Source: a virus. From it: 64,000 bases of DNA. The DNA is taken from IMG/VR virus record IMGVR_UViG_3300023174_004998, positions 1 through 64,000 of that record. The stretch is one strand, 5' to 3'. The notes below the pieces were generated by a model. That model was not told where the DNA came from. It made no database searches and saw only the letters and a program-made list of their open reading frames with translations. Each line of letters starts with the position of its first letter. Positions within the stretch are counted from its first letter, which is position 1. Shown one piece after another: positions 26,917-35,865 of the stretch. The position numbers and the translations under genes were made by a program.

Positions 26917-27518
26917 TTTTTTAGATAATTTATTATTGTTTCACGGCTCCATAAACACATGGCTCTGGGTTCAAATCTTGGTATCCAATCTTCTATACTG
27001 TCTATGGCTGGTTCAAACTCATAGGGTGCTCTATAAAAGTTAACTCCACGAAATCCGCCAGTTTGAATGTCAGTGTTGTTGAGATTGGGGTAGTTGGACA
27101 TCAACACATATTTTATATTACTGCGAGCAATGTTTTCAAACACTCGACGTATGTCTGCCTGGCTAAAGTGTATCAAACAATCGCGGCAAAATAACAAGTC
27201 TACTTCAGGGAATTCATCCTGCGAAATATCAAACACACGAAAGTCAACTGTGGGATGTTGTTGACGGTTTTTTTCTATCAAGGAGTCAACAATGTCTCCG
27301 CCAATGTAATGTAGTCCATCAGGAAGTTTAGTTTCACTCATCCACCCATAGTCGCCACAGGGTGCATCAAACATAGACTTGATATTGTAGCGTTCCAGGA
27401 ATGGTCCCAATTCTTTCCTCAAGTAATCAGTGTATACCATGGTACTTCCGTTGCCACACACAGTGTTATTGGCACGCCAATGTCCGTTGTTGACTATTTT
27501 TTCAAAGATATCTTTCAT
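26913..27518 (-). CDS. Class I SAM methyltransferase
   Basis: FDAPCGD, YIGGDIV, DLLFCRDCLIH. Confidence 0.8.
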   Translation of the reverse strand: MKDIFEKIVNNGHWRANNTVCGNGSTMVYTDYLRKELGPFLERYNIKSMFDAPCGDYGWMSETKLPDGLHYIGGDIVDSLIEKNRQQHPTVDFRVFDISQDEFPEVDLLFCRDCLIHFSQADIRRVFENIARSNIKYVLMSNYPNLNNTDIQTGGFRGVNFYRAPYEFEPAIDSIEDWIPRFEPRAMCLWSRETIINYLKK

Positions 27519-28240
27519 GATTGTCCTGTAATTTGTTTCATAAAGGTTAATTTTTCATCAATGCCTCTACTGCTGTGAGTATGCAAGATCAAGGATTTGT
27601 TGATGTCAATGCCGTTCCAAAGATCTTGGGCCCATAGCGGCGCTTGATTTGGTAACCACTGTGCTTGGTAAGCCCATTCAGGTCTTAGAGCTTGATCCAG
27701 TGTTAGCCCTTGGTCCCATAACATGGCATTTAATATAGTCTGCTCGGTGTTATAAGTACCTTCTTCCCAGTTGTCCAACATCTCAAGACCTAGGTCCCAT
27801 ATACGTTGTTCCATGCCAGCTGGAAAAAATCTCACACCTGCATTAAAAAAGTAAGGAAACTTACGCCCGTATTGATTGTTGGTATTGAGACTTTTTGGAT
27901 CTGTGAAATTAAACATCATGAACCGGTCAGATATTTGCCATGGATCAATGTCCTTGATTGCCACAGTATCAGGATCAGTGTACAAGATGTTGACATTGCC
28001 TTGACGCCACAAATCGTAGATTGCCCGGAAGGTTTGTTTGAATGCGTCATTGATGTTTTTTACAGAACCTTGTACAAACTTTAACTCCCAGTCACCTTTG
28101 AGATGCTTGGTATAACTGCCCACAGAGATCTGGTGCATCTCTACGTATTTTTTATGTAGGTCTTGTTCGTCACTGCGATCTTTGAAATGCCAGTTGGTAT
28201 CCTGTACCTGAAACAGACTTTTTACTAGATAATTTTTCAT
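27515..28240 (-). CDS. GT-A fold glycosyltransferase
   Basis: YTDPD, FNAGV, EQTILN. Confidence 0.65.
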   Translation of the reverse strand: MKNYLVKSLFQVQDTNWHFKDRSDEQDLHKKYVEMHQISVGSYTKHLKGDWELKFVQGSVKNINDAFKQTFRAIYDLWRQGNVNILYTDPDTVAIKDIDPWQISDRFMMFNFTDPKSLNTNNQYGRKFPYFFNAGVRFFPAGMEQRIWDLGLEMLDNWEEGTYNTEQTILNAMLWDQGLTLDQALRPEWAYQAQWLPNQAPLWAQDLWNGIDINKSLILHTHSSRGIDEKLTFMKQITGQS

Positions 28241-28980
28241 TGTCTAGGCACCATGTATAACCAGCTCATTGTGCTGGGGCGACCTTCATGCACCAAGGCC
28301 CACTTGTCGCAGTCACTGAGGTGATGCAAAAAATCAAACTGATAAGAATCTTTGTAAGTCTGCGACACTGATTGTATGTCGTGAGTGTCTTTGAATCGTT
28401 CCAGCAAGGCAGATGTAATAGGTAATCCCATACAGTCGTGACATTCTACCATGACGGAACACTTTGACAATGACTGTACTTGAGCAGGGTCTAGCAGTTC
28501 TAGTTCAGCACCTTCGCAGTCAAACACCAGCAACGGGTTCACAGCATCCTTGCAATGTTGTTCCAACCAGGCATGATCTACCATTTTTGTAACTGCTTGG
28601 AGATTTTTTAGTTGGTTGGCAGTGGCAGTGTCTTTGACAATGTCAGCTGAGCGCGGCTCTATGTCGACTGCCAACACTTGAGAGTCAGGCAACCGACCAG
28701 CCAGGCCCACGCTGTAATATCCTTCGGCACAGCCTACATTGATCACTACGTCAGGATTGTGAGCAATAGCTTGTTCAATAAAGTCATGTAGTTCATCTTC
28801 GTACACACCCATGAGCTTGGCCGCTGTGTCGCCATCACCCCACATGTACCTAGGAATTAACACAGTGCCTTGGAAAGGTCCTGTTTGTACCTTTGCACCA
28901 GTGACATGGAACATGTAAGGTAGCAGTTCCTGACGACGAGCATTGGCTACATCTTGTAGATAGCGTTGTAGATTCTTCAT
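28237..28980 (-). CDS. FkbM-like methyltransferase
   Basis: GVYE, NVGCAEGYY, FDCEGAE, VECH. Confidence 0.75.
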   Translation of the reverse strand: MKNLQRYLQDVANARRQELLPYMFHVTGAKVQTGPFQGTVLIPRYMWGDGDTAAKLMGVYEDELHDFIEQAIAHNPDVVINVGCAEGYYSVGLAGRLPDSQVLAVDIEPRSADIVKDTATANQLKNLQAVTKMVDHAWLEQHCKDAVNPLLVFDCEGAELELLDPAQVQSLSKCSVMVECHDCMGLPITSALLERFKDTHDIQSVSQTYKDSYQFDFLHHLSDCDKWALVHEGRPSTMSWLYMVPRQ

Positions 28981-29768
28981 TGTATCTTTCTAGCTTTGAC
29001 CAACAGGTGCCAGCCTAGATATTCTTTCACTGCTTGTCGTACATCTTCCGGCATGGCTTCAAACCAAGGCTCAAGTTCATAGTTTCCAGACTTGTATGCT
29101 GGTATATTGTACATGAAGCAATGATCCTGCCGCAGACGTTCTATGTGAAACTGACCTTCTAGCATTCGATGGATGTCTTCTCTGGTGTAGGCTTGCGCAT
29201 ACGGACAACCACTCTGTGCTTCAAATTGATCCAGGCCCTTTTGTATCATGGCATATTTCCATGAGTTCTTGGCATAGACCATGAAACGAAATTCTCCATC
29301 AGGTTTGAGTATGCGATGAACGTTGTCAATGATTGTGTCGATGGCCGGGAAATGATGAATAACACCATAGCTGTATACAAGATCAAATTGCCCCAAGGCC
29401 GCTAAGGCCGCAGTATCACTGGCATCGATGTTGTGAAACTCCCCTTCGAGTTCTAAAACTTTAAATCGTTGTCGAGCAATTTCCACACTTTGATCGCTGT
29501 AGTCTACACCCACATATTCAGCACCACGTTTGGCAAACTCTTCAGCATCACTGCCAATACCAGACCCAATCTCCAACACACGTCGACCTGCCCACAGATG
29601 GAATCCAGCAAACTCTCTAATGTGTGGTTCCACACGATATCTACGTTCTGAAACTTCTTGATAGAACTCTGGAGTGCCTAGCTCACTGCGACCATGCAGG
29701 ATATTGCATGGTTGTCGATTCCAATAGGCCTTGATTTTGTCTAATAGGTGTTGATCTATATTAAGCAT
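28977..29768 (-). CDS. Class I SAM methyltransferase
   Basis: VLEIGSGIG, FDLVYSYGVIHH, RILKPDG. Confidence 0.85.
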   Translation of the reverse strand: MLNIDQHLLDKIKAYWNRQPCNILHGRSELGTPEFYQEVSERRYRVEPHIREFAGFHLWAGRRVLEIGSGIGSDAEEFAKRGAEYVGVDYSDQSVEIARQRFKVLELEGEFHNIDASDTAALAALGQFDLVYSYGVIHHFPAIDTIIDNVHRILKPDGEFRFMVYAKNSWKYAMIQKGLDQFEAQSGCPYAQAYTREDIHRMLEGQFHIERLRQDHCFMYNIPAYKSGNYELEPWFEAMPEDVRQAVKEYLGWHLLVKARKIQ

Positions 29769-30624
29769 GGACTCTCACTTGACCGTTGGGATCTTGTTCC
29801 TTGCCGCACATGTATTCCCAGGGGTCTTGTTCTCCCAACATGACTTTCATGAACCACTCGCTGGGCTGACCAATGCGTTCTAGATACCATGCAATCTTGT
29901 TGGCATCGTTTACTCGTTTGTTACGGAAAGTTACATGATTAAAGTCTCGAGGATCATCAGGGCGGCCTTCCAGCATGGGTCTATTTTTAAATGTTGTGTC
30001 TTGATTGTTACCGGTGATGTCAAATCTATCGTGTAGCACTTCAACATCAATGTTTTGCATGATACCTGCAATATAGGATATCTGACTGATAGTAGCATCA
30101 GTGAGTTGATGGTTGCTGAGATGCCCTAATAGATAGAACCAGTCTCTAGGAACTATAGGAAAGATAGCATAGGGATGTTGATTATGAGTAGGCATCCTTA
30201 AACATAAAAACTTGCCATTGTGCTCGGTTATGCGTTGGTCCCACTCCGATGTCTGCATCACAGCATCATCATTCCAAAACATTAACCATTGCCCATTGGC
30301 CAGCCCAGCCAAAGCATTGAGGTACTCGTGCAGTCGAAGATAGCCTAAGGGAGTAAACTCAACCACTGTGGCGTCAACTCCACGTGATTCTAATTCTGGG
30401 AAAATATTTTGTTGACACCATTCAAGTGATTGTTTGTCATCGTTGTCAAAGGCCAACAATATTTCTAGCTCAGTTGGACTTTTGGCTAGATCAAGCAAAC
30501 TCAATAGGCTTCTTTTTAGCATCTCGGTTCTACCACGAGTGGGCAACAGCACTGATATTCCATGTGTGGCAGGCTTGGCCCATAATTTGTTTATACCTAC
30601 AGGCGGCGTTTTACTCATTGTCAT
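29761..30624 (-). CDS. GT2-family glycosyltransferase
   Basis: SVLLPTRGR, DNDD, WNDD. Confidence 0.75.
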   Translation of the reverse strand: MTMSKTPPVGINKLWAKPATHGISVLLPTRGRTEMLKRSLLSLLDLAKSPTELEILLAFDNDDKQSLEWCQQNIFPELESRGVDATVVEFTPLGYLRLHEYLNALAGLANGQWLMFWNDDAVMQTSEWDQRITEHNGKFLCLRMPTHNQHPYAIFPIVPRDWFYLLGHLSNHQLTDATISQISYIAGIMQNIDVEVLHDRFDITGNNQDTTFKNRPMLEGRPDDPRDFNHVTFRNKRVNDANKIAWYLERIGQPSEWFMKVMLGEQDPWEYMCGKEQDPNGQVRVHA

Positions 30625-31070
30625 CCTTCATATATAGCACTATTGGCTCCATGCTCTGCACATTCCACACGAACACAATAACAACGATTGTTAGTCTTTT
30701 CTCGAATCAACTGATCAGCAAAATTGAAAGCATGTTCGGCAAACTTTTCTGCACCTACCCCATCAAACATTCTAATTTCTACTAGATCCAGTGCTTCAAG
30801 TTCTTGAAATTTGGCCAAGTGTGGATCAGCTTTATCCAAAGCCAACTTGTGATCAAAGTGATCTTCCAGCCATGCTTTCAGCGGTTTGAGTCCGCCAAAG
30901 TCTACTGCCCAGTTTTTGTTGTCTAATGTATCACAGCCAAAAGTGAATGTAAACGCCAGACTGTAACCATGTAGCAAGTGACAGTGACTGTGATCGGCAT
31001 TGGGTTGCCGAAACACTGCCGAAAGACCAATGTTGTGTCCGTAGTGTTTTGTTGAGTAATACTTTGCCAT
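30621..31070 (-). CDS. queD: 6-carboxy-5,6,7,8-tetrahydropterin synthase
   Basis: HCHLLHGY, VDFGGLK, FDH, GAEKFA. Confidence 0.9.
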   Translation of the reverse strand: MAKYYSTKHYGHNIGLSAVFRQPNADHSHCHLLHGYSLAFTFTFGCDTLDNKNWAVDFGGLKPLKAWLEDHFDHKLALDKADPHLAKFQELEALDLVEIRMFDGVGAEKFAEHAFNFADQLIREKTNNRCYCVRVECAEHGANSAIYEG

Positions 31071-31075
31071 TGTTG

Positions 31076-31145
31076 TTCTCCTATGTTAGATTATAGCATA
31101 GGCGGCAGAATTTGTCGAGCGGGATGACGCCGAAGACCGCTGTTG
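31076..31145 (-). ncRNA. preQ1-I-like pseudoknot riboswitch candidate in the queD 5' UTR
   Basis: AGCGG-TCTTCGGCGTCATC-CCGCT stem-loop, A-containing tail, GCC(GCC) able to pair with loop GGC(G); adjacent CCTATG..CATAGG hairpin covers the SD. Confidence 0.5.
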
Positions 31146-31151
31146 AGATTT

Positions 31152-31340
31152 CTATTTATTGGGGTCATGAACTGGTGTACATTTAAGATGCTCATCACAG
31201 CGTTCAAAACTACCATTCTGTGTGTTCATTCGTATGATTTGATCTTTGTGTACTGTAAAGGTGTATTTGGCATTGTCTACTGCGGGCATGGTCACTTGGT
31301 ATCCTAACAAGACAACCATGAGTGCTGTCAAGATTTCCAT
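31152..31340 (-). CDS. Small exported protein
   Basis: Hydrophobic N-terminus, two Cys. Confidence 0.5.
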   Translation of the reverse strand: MEILTALMVVLLGYQVTMPAVDNAKYTFTVHKDQIIRMNTQNGSFERCDEHLKCTPVHDPNK

Positions 31341-31708
31341 TTTCTATAGTTTCCTTTGCCAGGTATCACGTTTCGAACTCCGCCCACAGGATCTTCGCAA
31401 TCACCCTGATGTCTTGGAATCATGTGTATGTGCGGATACATCACTGTTTGTCCACTGGCCTCACCTGAGTTCAACCCAATGTTGTAACCGTCGGCATCAC
31501 CTTTGAGTACTACCCATTCACCATATCTCTGTGCCAATCGAAAACAGTCCATGATGTTGTTGGGATTGTTGACTTTTGGTACGAACAATAAATGTCCTGG
31601 ACTCACCGGATACCGATCTCGAAAAATCCAAACTGTTTTGTCTTCAAAGTAGATATCGTCCCAAGGAGCAATACCTAGTTCTTGTGCTTGTTTCAATGTG
31701 GCTGCCAT
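31328..31708 (-). CDS. HIT-family nucleotide hydrolase
   Basis: D.YPVSPGHLLFVPK, GQTVMYPHIHMIPR. Confidence 0.88.
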   Translation of the reverse strand: MAATLKQAQELGIAPWDDIYFEDKTVWIFRDRYPVSPGHLLFVPKVNNPNNIMDCFRLAQRYGEWVVLKGDADGYNIGLNSGEASGQTVMYPHIHMIPRHQGDCEDPVGGVRNVIPGKGNYRKWKS

Positions 31709-31709
31709 G

Positions 31710-34079
31710 TTAAAAACTCCATAGTAATTCGTTCATGATCCGATACTGTCCTATCGAACTTACAGCAGTATTGAATCGATATTGTGTGTTCTTATCAAGC
31801 CTTTTGTGATACACTCCTCGAAGATAATAAGTGGGTGCTCGCAGGATATCAAGATTCTGTTTAGTATAAACTAACTGTCCTGATCTGTCAAATGAAGTGG
31901 GCATATTGGCTTCGATTTGTCCACTGATAACTCTAGGAGCCTGTCCGATATAGATTCCTATATCGTTTTTCTTGTCTCCCCAACGGTATCCTGTTTCCCC
32001 CCAGGTACCCATGGTAGGGCTTACGCGAGTAATCAAACCAGGATTGATATCAGTGGTCACGTACATAAGACTGGCACGAGCCACAAAACCACCTTGTTGA
32101 TAGGATACCACATTGTCAAATACCGAACTAGTTTTGACTGTGCCCCAGACTCCACTGAATGACACCCAAGGGTTAAAATTCAGTTTGGTATATTGCGCAC
32201 CAAAACTCCAGGAGTTTTTTCGCCATACAGCAGGAATACCAATACTGTACTCTCCAGCCTGTTGATCGCTGGCCACACGCATACCGTTGACCGAATATCC
32301 TCTGGCACCTGTAAGATATTCACTTGGCGATGTCATGTCGTGATCAGACCCGCTGAAATTATCTCGCTGAAAAGCATTCAAGGCCGTGACATTCATGGGT
32401 CGTGCATTGATCATAAACGGTCGTTGTAGTGTGTCCATGGCAATCATTTGACCAGATCCTATGTCTATACCACTGACATGTCCGCTGAGTATCTTTGCAC
32501 CTATTGACAGAGCACCCACAGGTCTCAGCGCGGCTTCTATATCAATCACGCTACCATTCCAATAAGTGGCCGCAGTCTGGGCCAACACAGCATTAGCTGA
32601 TGCGGTACTCATATACGGCCATTTCTGTTTGATTAGATCCACGGCGGCCTGCGCTGTCAGCGTGGCCTGCGAGCCCATTTGACTCATGTACACAGCCATC
32701 TTTTTGTCATTGTTGGCTTCGTACACAATCATAGTCACTAGATACATCTTGCCATCAGGTGCCTGGAAAATGTTTACTGTGCTGTTGGCTTCATTGGCAC
32801 CATTGCCCAAGCTGGCGGTCATGGATGCGGCCTGTTTCAAAAAGTCTGTGAATATTTTTTGATGAGCGGCTACATATTTTCCGTCAGAGCTTTTTAGCAG
32901 TACCTGTGTGCTGTTATGATTACCTGAAAAGTCCCACGCACTGACCAAGATATCTGTGCGACCATCACCATTGACATCAAGAAACTTGGGATTGTATGTA
33001 GAATAGGTGTTGGTATCGTAGTTGACCAGAGTAGTTGAAGTTACGTCTGTGAATGTGCCACCACCTTGATTGCTTAAAAATTGTATGGCACTACGTTTAA
33101 CAGTGTAGTCAAACGGACGACTGAAAACTATGACATCAGGACGTCCGTCTGTGTTAAAATCATGCGATACCACACGCACATTGTGATCCAACAATGGTGC
33201 CGGGAGATCACCAACATAGTTGTAATTTAGTTGTCCACCTACAATGGTGTATGAATACATCTTTGTGGTACGAGCATCGCTACAAGCTGGGTTTACAACA
33301 TTACAAGCATTGTCAGTGACAATGATTTGTTTCTGCCCGTTTTGTAAAAAATCATCTGCTACAATACTAGAACCACCCCATCGCAAATCGCCAGCATTGC
33401 CTCTACTGTCAATGTAAGGTGTAAAGTTGTTTACTCGATTGTTGATAGCCAATGTGGTGTTAGGCCCATAGTCCACAAACAATAAATCTTTAAATCCGTC
33501 TCCGTTCATGTCTGCAATGGCACTGTCATGCGCCCAGACATTGGTCAACGGAATAGAGATACGATTGAAGTGAGAGCCTTGGTTAGAAAAAACATAACCC
33601 GGGCCGTAATGTCTCATGTCAGTGCTGGGTGCTACCAACATGTCTTGTCGCCCTGTGTTAAACAAGTCGGCAAATTTTACACTGGGTTCTGTGCCTAGGA
33701 TTTCGTTGATACCTCCTGGAAACCATTGTGCTGTTCGGTCAACCAAGGTGCCGCCTTCCCAGGCCAGCAGTGTAAGTTTACTATTGCTCCAGGTTTCAGG
33801 AGTGGCATATTGCGTCTGTCGTCCTGCTAGTATAATGTCATTGCCACTACCGGTGATGTTGGCATTGAAGGTATCAAATACCGGAGCCGCACCATCTACT
33901 TTGGTCAGTGGATCTATAGCAGTGGCCACTCTCACAGGAGTATGGTATGGAACTTCTGATCTTAAGTAGCCACCACCGGAGCCTCCACTGCCACCTCCTC
34001 CGCCACCCCCTCCACAACCAGAGAGAGCGACTGCAAAAGCAGAGATAGAAACTGATAGTATAGTTCTTTTGAACTCCAT
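31710..34079 (-). CDS. Lipoprotein with FG-GAP/VCBS repeats and probable C-terminal outer-membrane beta-domain
   Basis: Start MEFKR; lipobox LSG-C then poly-Gly; DMNGDGFKD, DFNTDGRPD, DVNGDGRTD; ends LLWSF. Confidence 0.75.
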   Translation of the reverse strand: MEFKRTILSVSISAFAVALSGCGGGGGGGGSGGSGGGYLRSEVPYHTPVRVATAIDPLTKVDGAAPVFDTFNANITGSGNDIILAGRQTQYATPETWSNSKLTLLAWEGGTLVDRTAQWFPGGINEILGTEPSVKFADLFNTGRQDMLVAPSTDMRHYGPGYVFSNQGSHFNRISIPLTNVWAHDSAIADMNGDGFKDLLFVDYGPNTTLAINNRVNNFTPYIDSRGNAGDLRWGGSSIVADDFLQNGQKQIIVTDNACNVVNPACSDARTTKMYSYTIVGGQLNYNYVGDLPAPLLDHNVRVVSHDFNTDGRPDVIVFSRPFDYTVKRSAIQFLSNQGGGTFTDVTSTTLVNYDTNTYSTYNPKFLDVNGDGRTDILVSAWDFSGNHNSTQVLLKSSDGKYVAAHQKIFTDFLKQAASMTASLGNGANEANSTVNIFQAPDGKMYLVTMIVYEANNDKKMAVYMSQMGSQATLTAQAAVDLIKQKWPYMSTASANAVLAQTAATYWNGSVIDIEAALRPVGALSIGAKILSGHVSGIDIGSGQMIAMDTLQRPFMINARPMNVTALNAFQRDNFSGSDHDMTSPSEYLTGARGYSVNGMRVASDQQAGEYSIGIPAVWRKNSWSFGAQYTKLNFNPWVSFSGVWGTVKTSSVFDNVVSYQQGGFVARASLMYVTTDINPGLITRVSPTMGTWGETGYRWGDKKNDIGIYIGQAPRVISGQIEANMPTSFDRSGQLVYTKQNLDILRAPTYYLRGVYHKRLDKNTQYRFNTAVSSIGQYRIMNELLWSF

Positions 34080-34106
34080 AAAAACCCAGACTAGTTGAAC
34101 TGTAAG

Positions 34107-34135
34107 CAGTATAACAAAGTCTGGATTTCTAAACA
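34107..34135 (-). promoter_or_regulatory. Sigma70-like promoter for the lipoprotein gene
   Basis: TTGTTT-17-TATACT. Confidence 0.55.
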
Positions 34136-34150
34136 ACTCAACTGTGGTTT

Positions 34151-34312
34151 TTATACAACAGAATTGGTATTGGATTTTCTCTCTTTGTGTTTGGCCAAGG
34201 CATCTGCACTGCGTTGTTGGAAGTCCACCATGCTGTGGTAACCCATCTGATAACAAGGGCAATGATTACCCAAAATCTTACGGGCTAGCCAAATTCTAAA
34301 TTTCTTAACCAT
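34151..34312 (-). CDS. 53 aa hypothetical protein (MVKKFRIWLARKILG...), not in ORF track
   Basis: Open ATG..TAA filling the gap after folE. Confidence 0.45.
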   Translation of the reverse strand: MVKKFRIWLARKILGNHCPCYQMGYHSMVDFQQRSADALAKHKERKSNTNSVV

Positions 34313-34395
34313 ATCTTAATCTTATGAAAAAAAGTGTTGGATCATTGCAACGAACATGATCCACCATACATAAATTTCGTGTAATATGCGATCAA

Positions 34396-35217
34396 TCATC
34401 GTGGTGCAAACTCCTGTTGTAATTTGATATTGTCCATGAACTCTTTTTTGGTTGCAGGATCTGCTTGGAATACACCTTTTAATACTGTGGTCTGTGTCAA
34501 ACTGGAGTGAGCCATGATGCCGCGATTCTCACAGCATCCGTGCGTGGCCTGTATGTACACACCTACGTTTTCGCTGTCTGTGGCTTTCATTATTTCCCTG
34601 GCGATGTCGTTACATAGTTCTTCTTGAAGTGTGCCACGACGAGCACACCACTGAGCGATCCTAGTATATTTAGACAAGCCAATAAGTTTATTTGCGGCGA
34701 TGATTCCGATGTAAGCAACACCAGACACAGGCTGATGATGATGACTGCACATAGAACGCAGTTCGCTACGAACAACAAGCATACCTTCATATCTATCTTG
34801 GCTATCATTTGGAAAAGCTGTTGCATCTGGTGCTGGATCATATCGACCTCCCATAATTTCGTTGTAATACATCTTGGCCAAGCGACGTGCTGTGCCTTTT
34901 GAGTTTGGATCGTTTTCACGATCAATCAGCAAACGATCAAGCACCAGTTCAAATGCTTCTGTTGCTTCATCAATTAAGATTTTTTTGTCTGCTTCACTGA
35001 CATAGTCGCTAATGTTATCCCCGGCCCAGAAGCGTTTCTTATCACGTTTCATTTTAAAACGAATAGCATCGCCTAAGTATGCTTCTTGATATCCGCCGTC
35101 GCCGGACATGGCGCCTATCCCAGTTTCTATTACTGCATCTTCATAGCCAGGATGATACGGTGCTTCGTCTACTATTTTTTTAGAATTTTCTAGATCTTCT
35201 GATGTAAATGTTGTCAA
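34396..35217 (-). CDS. folE: GTP cyclohydrolase I
   Basis: SMCSHH, IGLSKYTR, LQE, HGCCENRG; N-terminal extension. Confidence 0.93.
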   Translation of the reverse strand: MTTFTSEDLENSKKIVDEAPYHPGYEDAVIETGIGAMSGDGGYQEAYLGDAIRFKMKRDKKRFWAGDNISDYVSEADKKILIDEATEAFELVLDRLLIDRENDPNSKGTARRLAKMYYNEIMGGRYDPAPDATAFPNDSQDRYEGMLVVRSELRSMCSHHHQPVSGVAYIGIIAANKLIGLSKYTRIAQWCARRGTLQEELCNDIAREIMKATDSENVGVYIQATHGCCENRGIMAHSSLTQTTVLKGVFQADPATKKEFMDNIKLQQEFAPR

Positions 35218-35261
35218 TTTATTTCTCCGAGTTAGGGTCGAGGATGACCAGTCTTGTTGCT

Positions 35262-35290
35262 ATTGTAACAGTTATTTAGATTTTTATCAA
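35262..35290 (-). promoter_or_regulatory. Sigma70 promoter with embedded TAAATA upstream of folE
   Basis: TTGATA-17-TACAAT. Confidence 0.7.
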
Positions 35291-35865
35291 GTCTTAATTG
35301 GAATATTTCTACAGTCAGGATAAACTCCGGGTTGTGAGTTTGGCTTAATATCAGGCAGTAGTTCTAGTCCTTTAACGCATAATTCCAAAGTAGGGCAGTA
35401 GTGGTATCCAAGTATTAGATCGGTTTCAGTTTCCCACGGTATGCGCAGGTCTCTACCATCTGACCGTTGCCGGCTCATCACACGATATGCTTCTGGGTCA
35501 TCCAACAAGATAGCACCTACCTTGCCCAACTGTAAGGGTTTGGTCCAGCCAAAGCTCAAACACTGCATGGTTCCTGGATTGTACATGTTGCGTTCCAATC
35601 TCCGAGCACTGTCCCAAATTCTTGTACCATAAAATTGATATTCGCCTGTCCATTTTTCAGTAATCATTTCATACTCAATATCAAGGTGATGCATGAGCAT
35701 GGGAACACTGAGATAGGTATATGCTGTAAATTTAGTTTTTTTGACGCCATCATATCGCATACACAATTCAAGAGCATGAGTACACCCGTCGGTCAAGACC
35801 ACATATGGTGCTCCGGTGTAGTCAGCCAAGGCAGATTCAAAATCAAACAGTGCCTTGAAACTCAT
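35287..35865 (-). CDS. Short DegT/DnrJ-like PLP-dependent protein
   Basis: FE..LA.YTGA, CTHALEL, WDSA, LSF..TKPL..GK.GAIL. Confidence 0.7.
   Translation of the reverse strand: MSFKALFDFESALADYTGAPYVVLTDGCTHALELCMRYDGVKKTKFTAYTYLSVPMLMHHLDIEYEMITEKWTGEYQFYGTRIWDSARRLERNMYNPGTMQCLSFGWTKPLQLGKVGAILLDDPEAYRVMSRQRSDGRDLRIPWETETDLILGYHYCPTLELCVKGLELLPDIKPNSQPGVYPDCRNIPIKT

Noticed and set aside
33966-34016. GGN-rich tandem repeat as a contingency locus
   Set aside because: It is an in-frame Gly/Ser linker after the lipobox Cys, with mixed codons.
34080-34262. Upstream extension of ORF 31710..34262
   Set aside because: The lipoprotein signal begins at MEFKR (34079); the extension covers a promoter and another small ORF.
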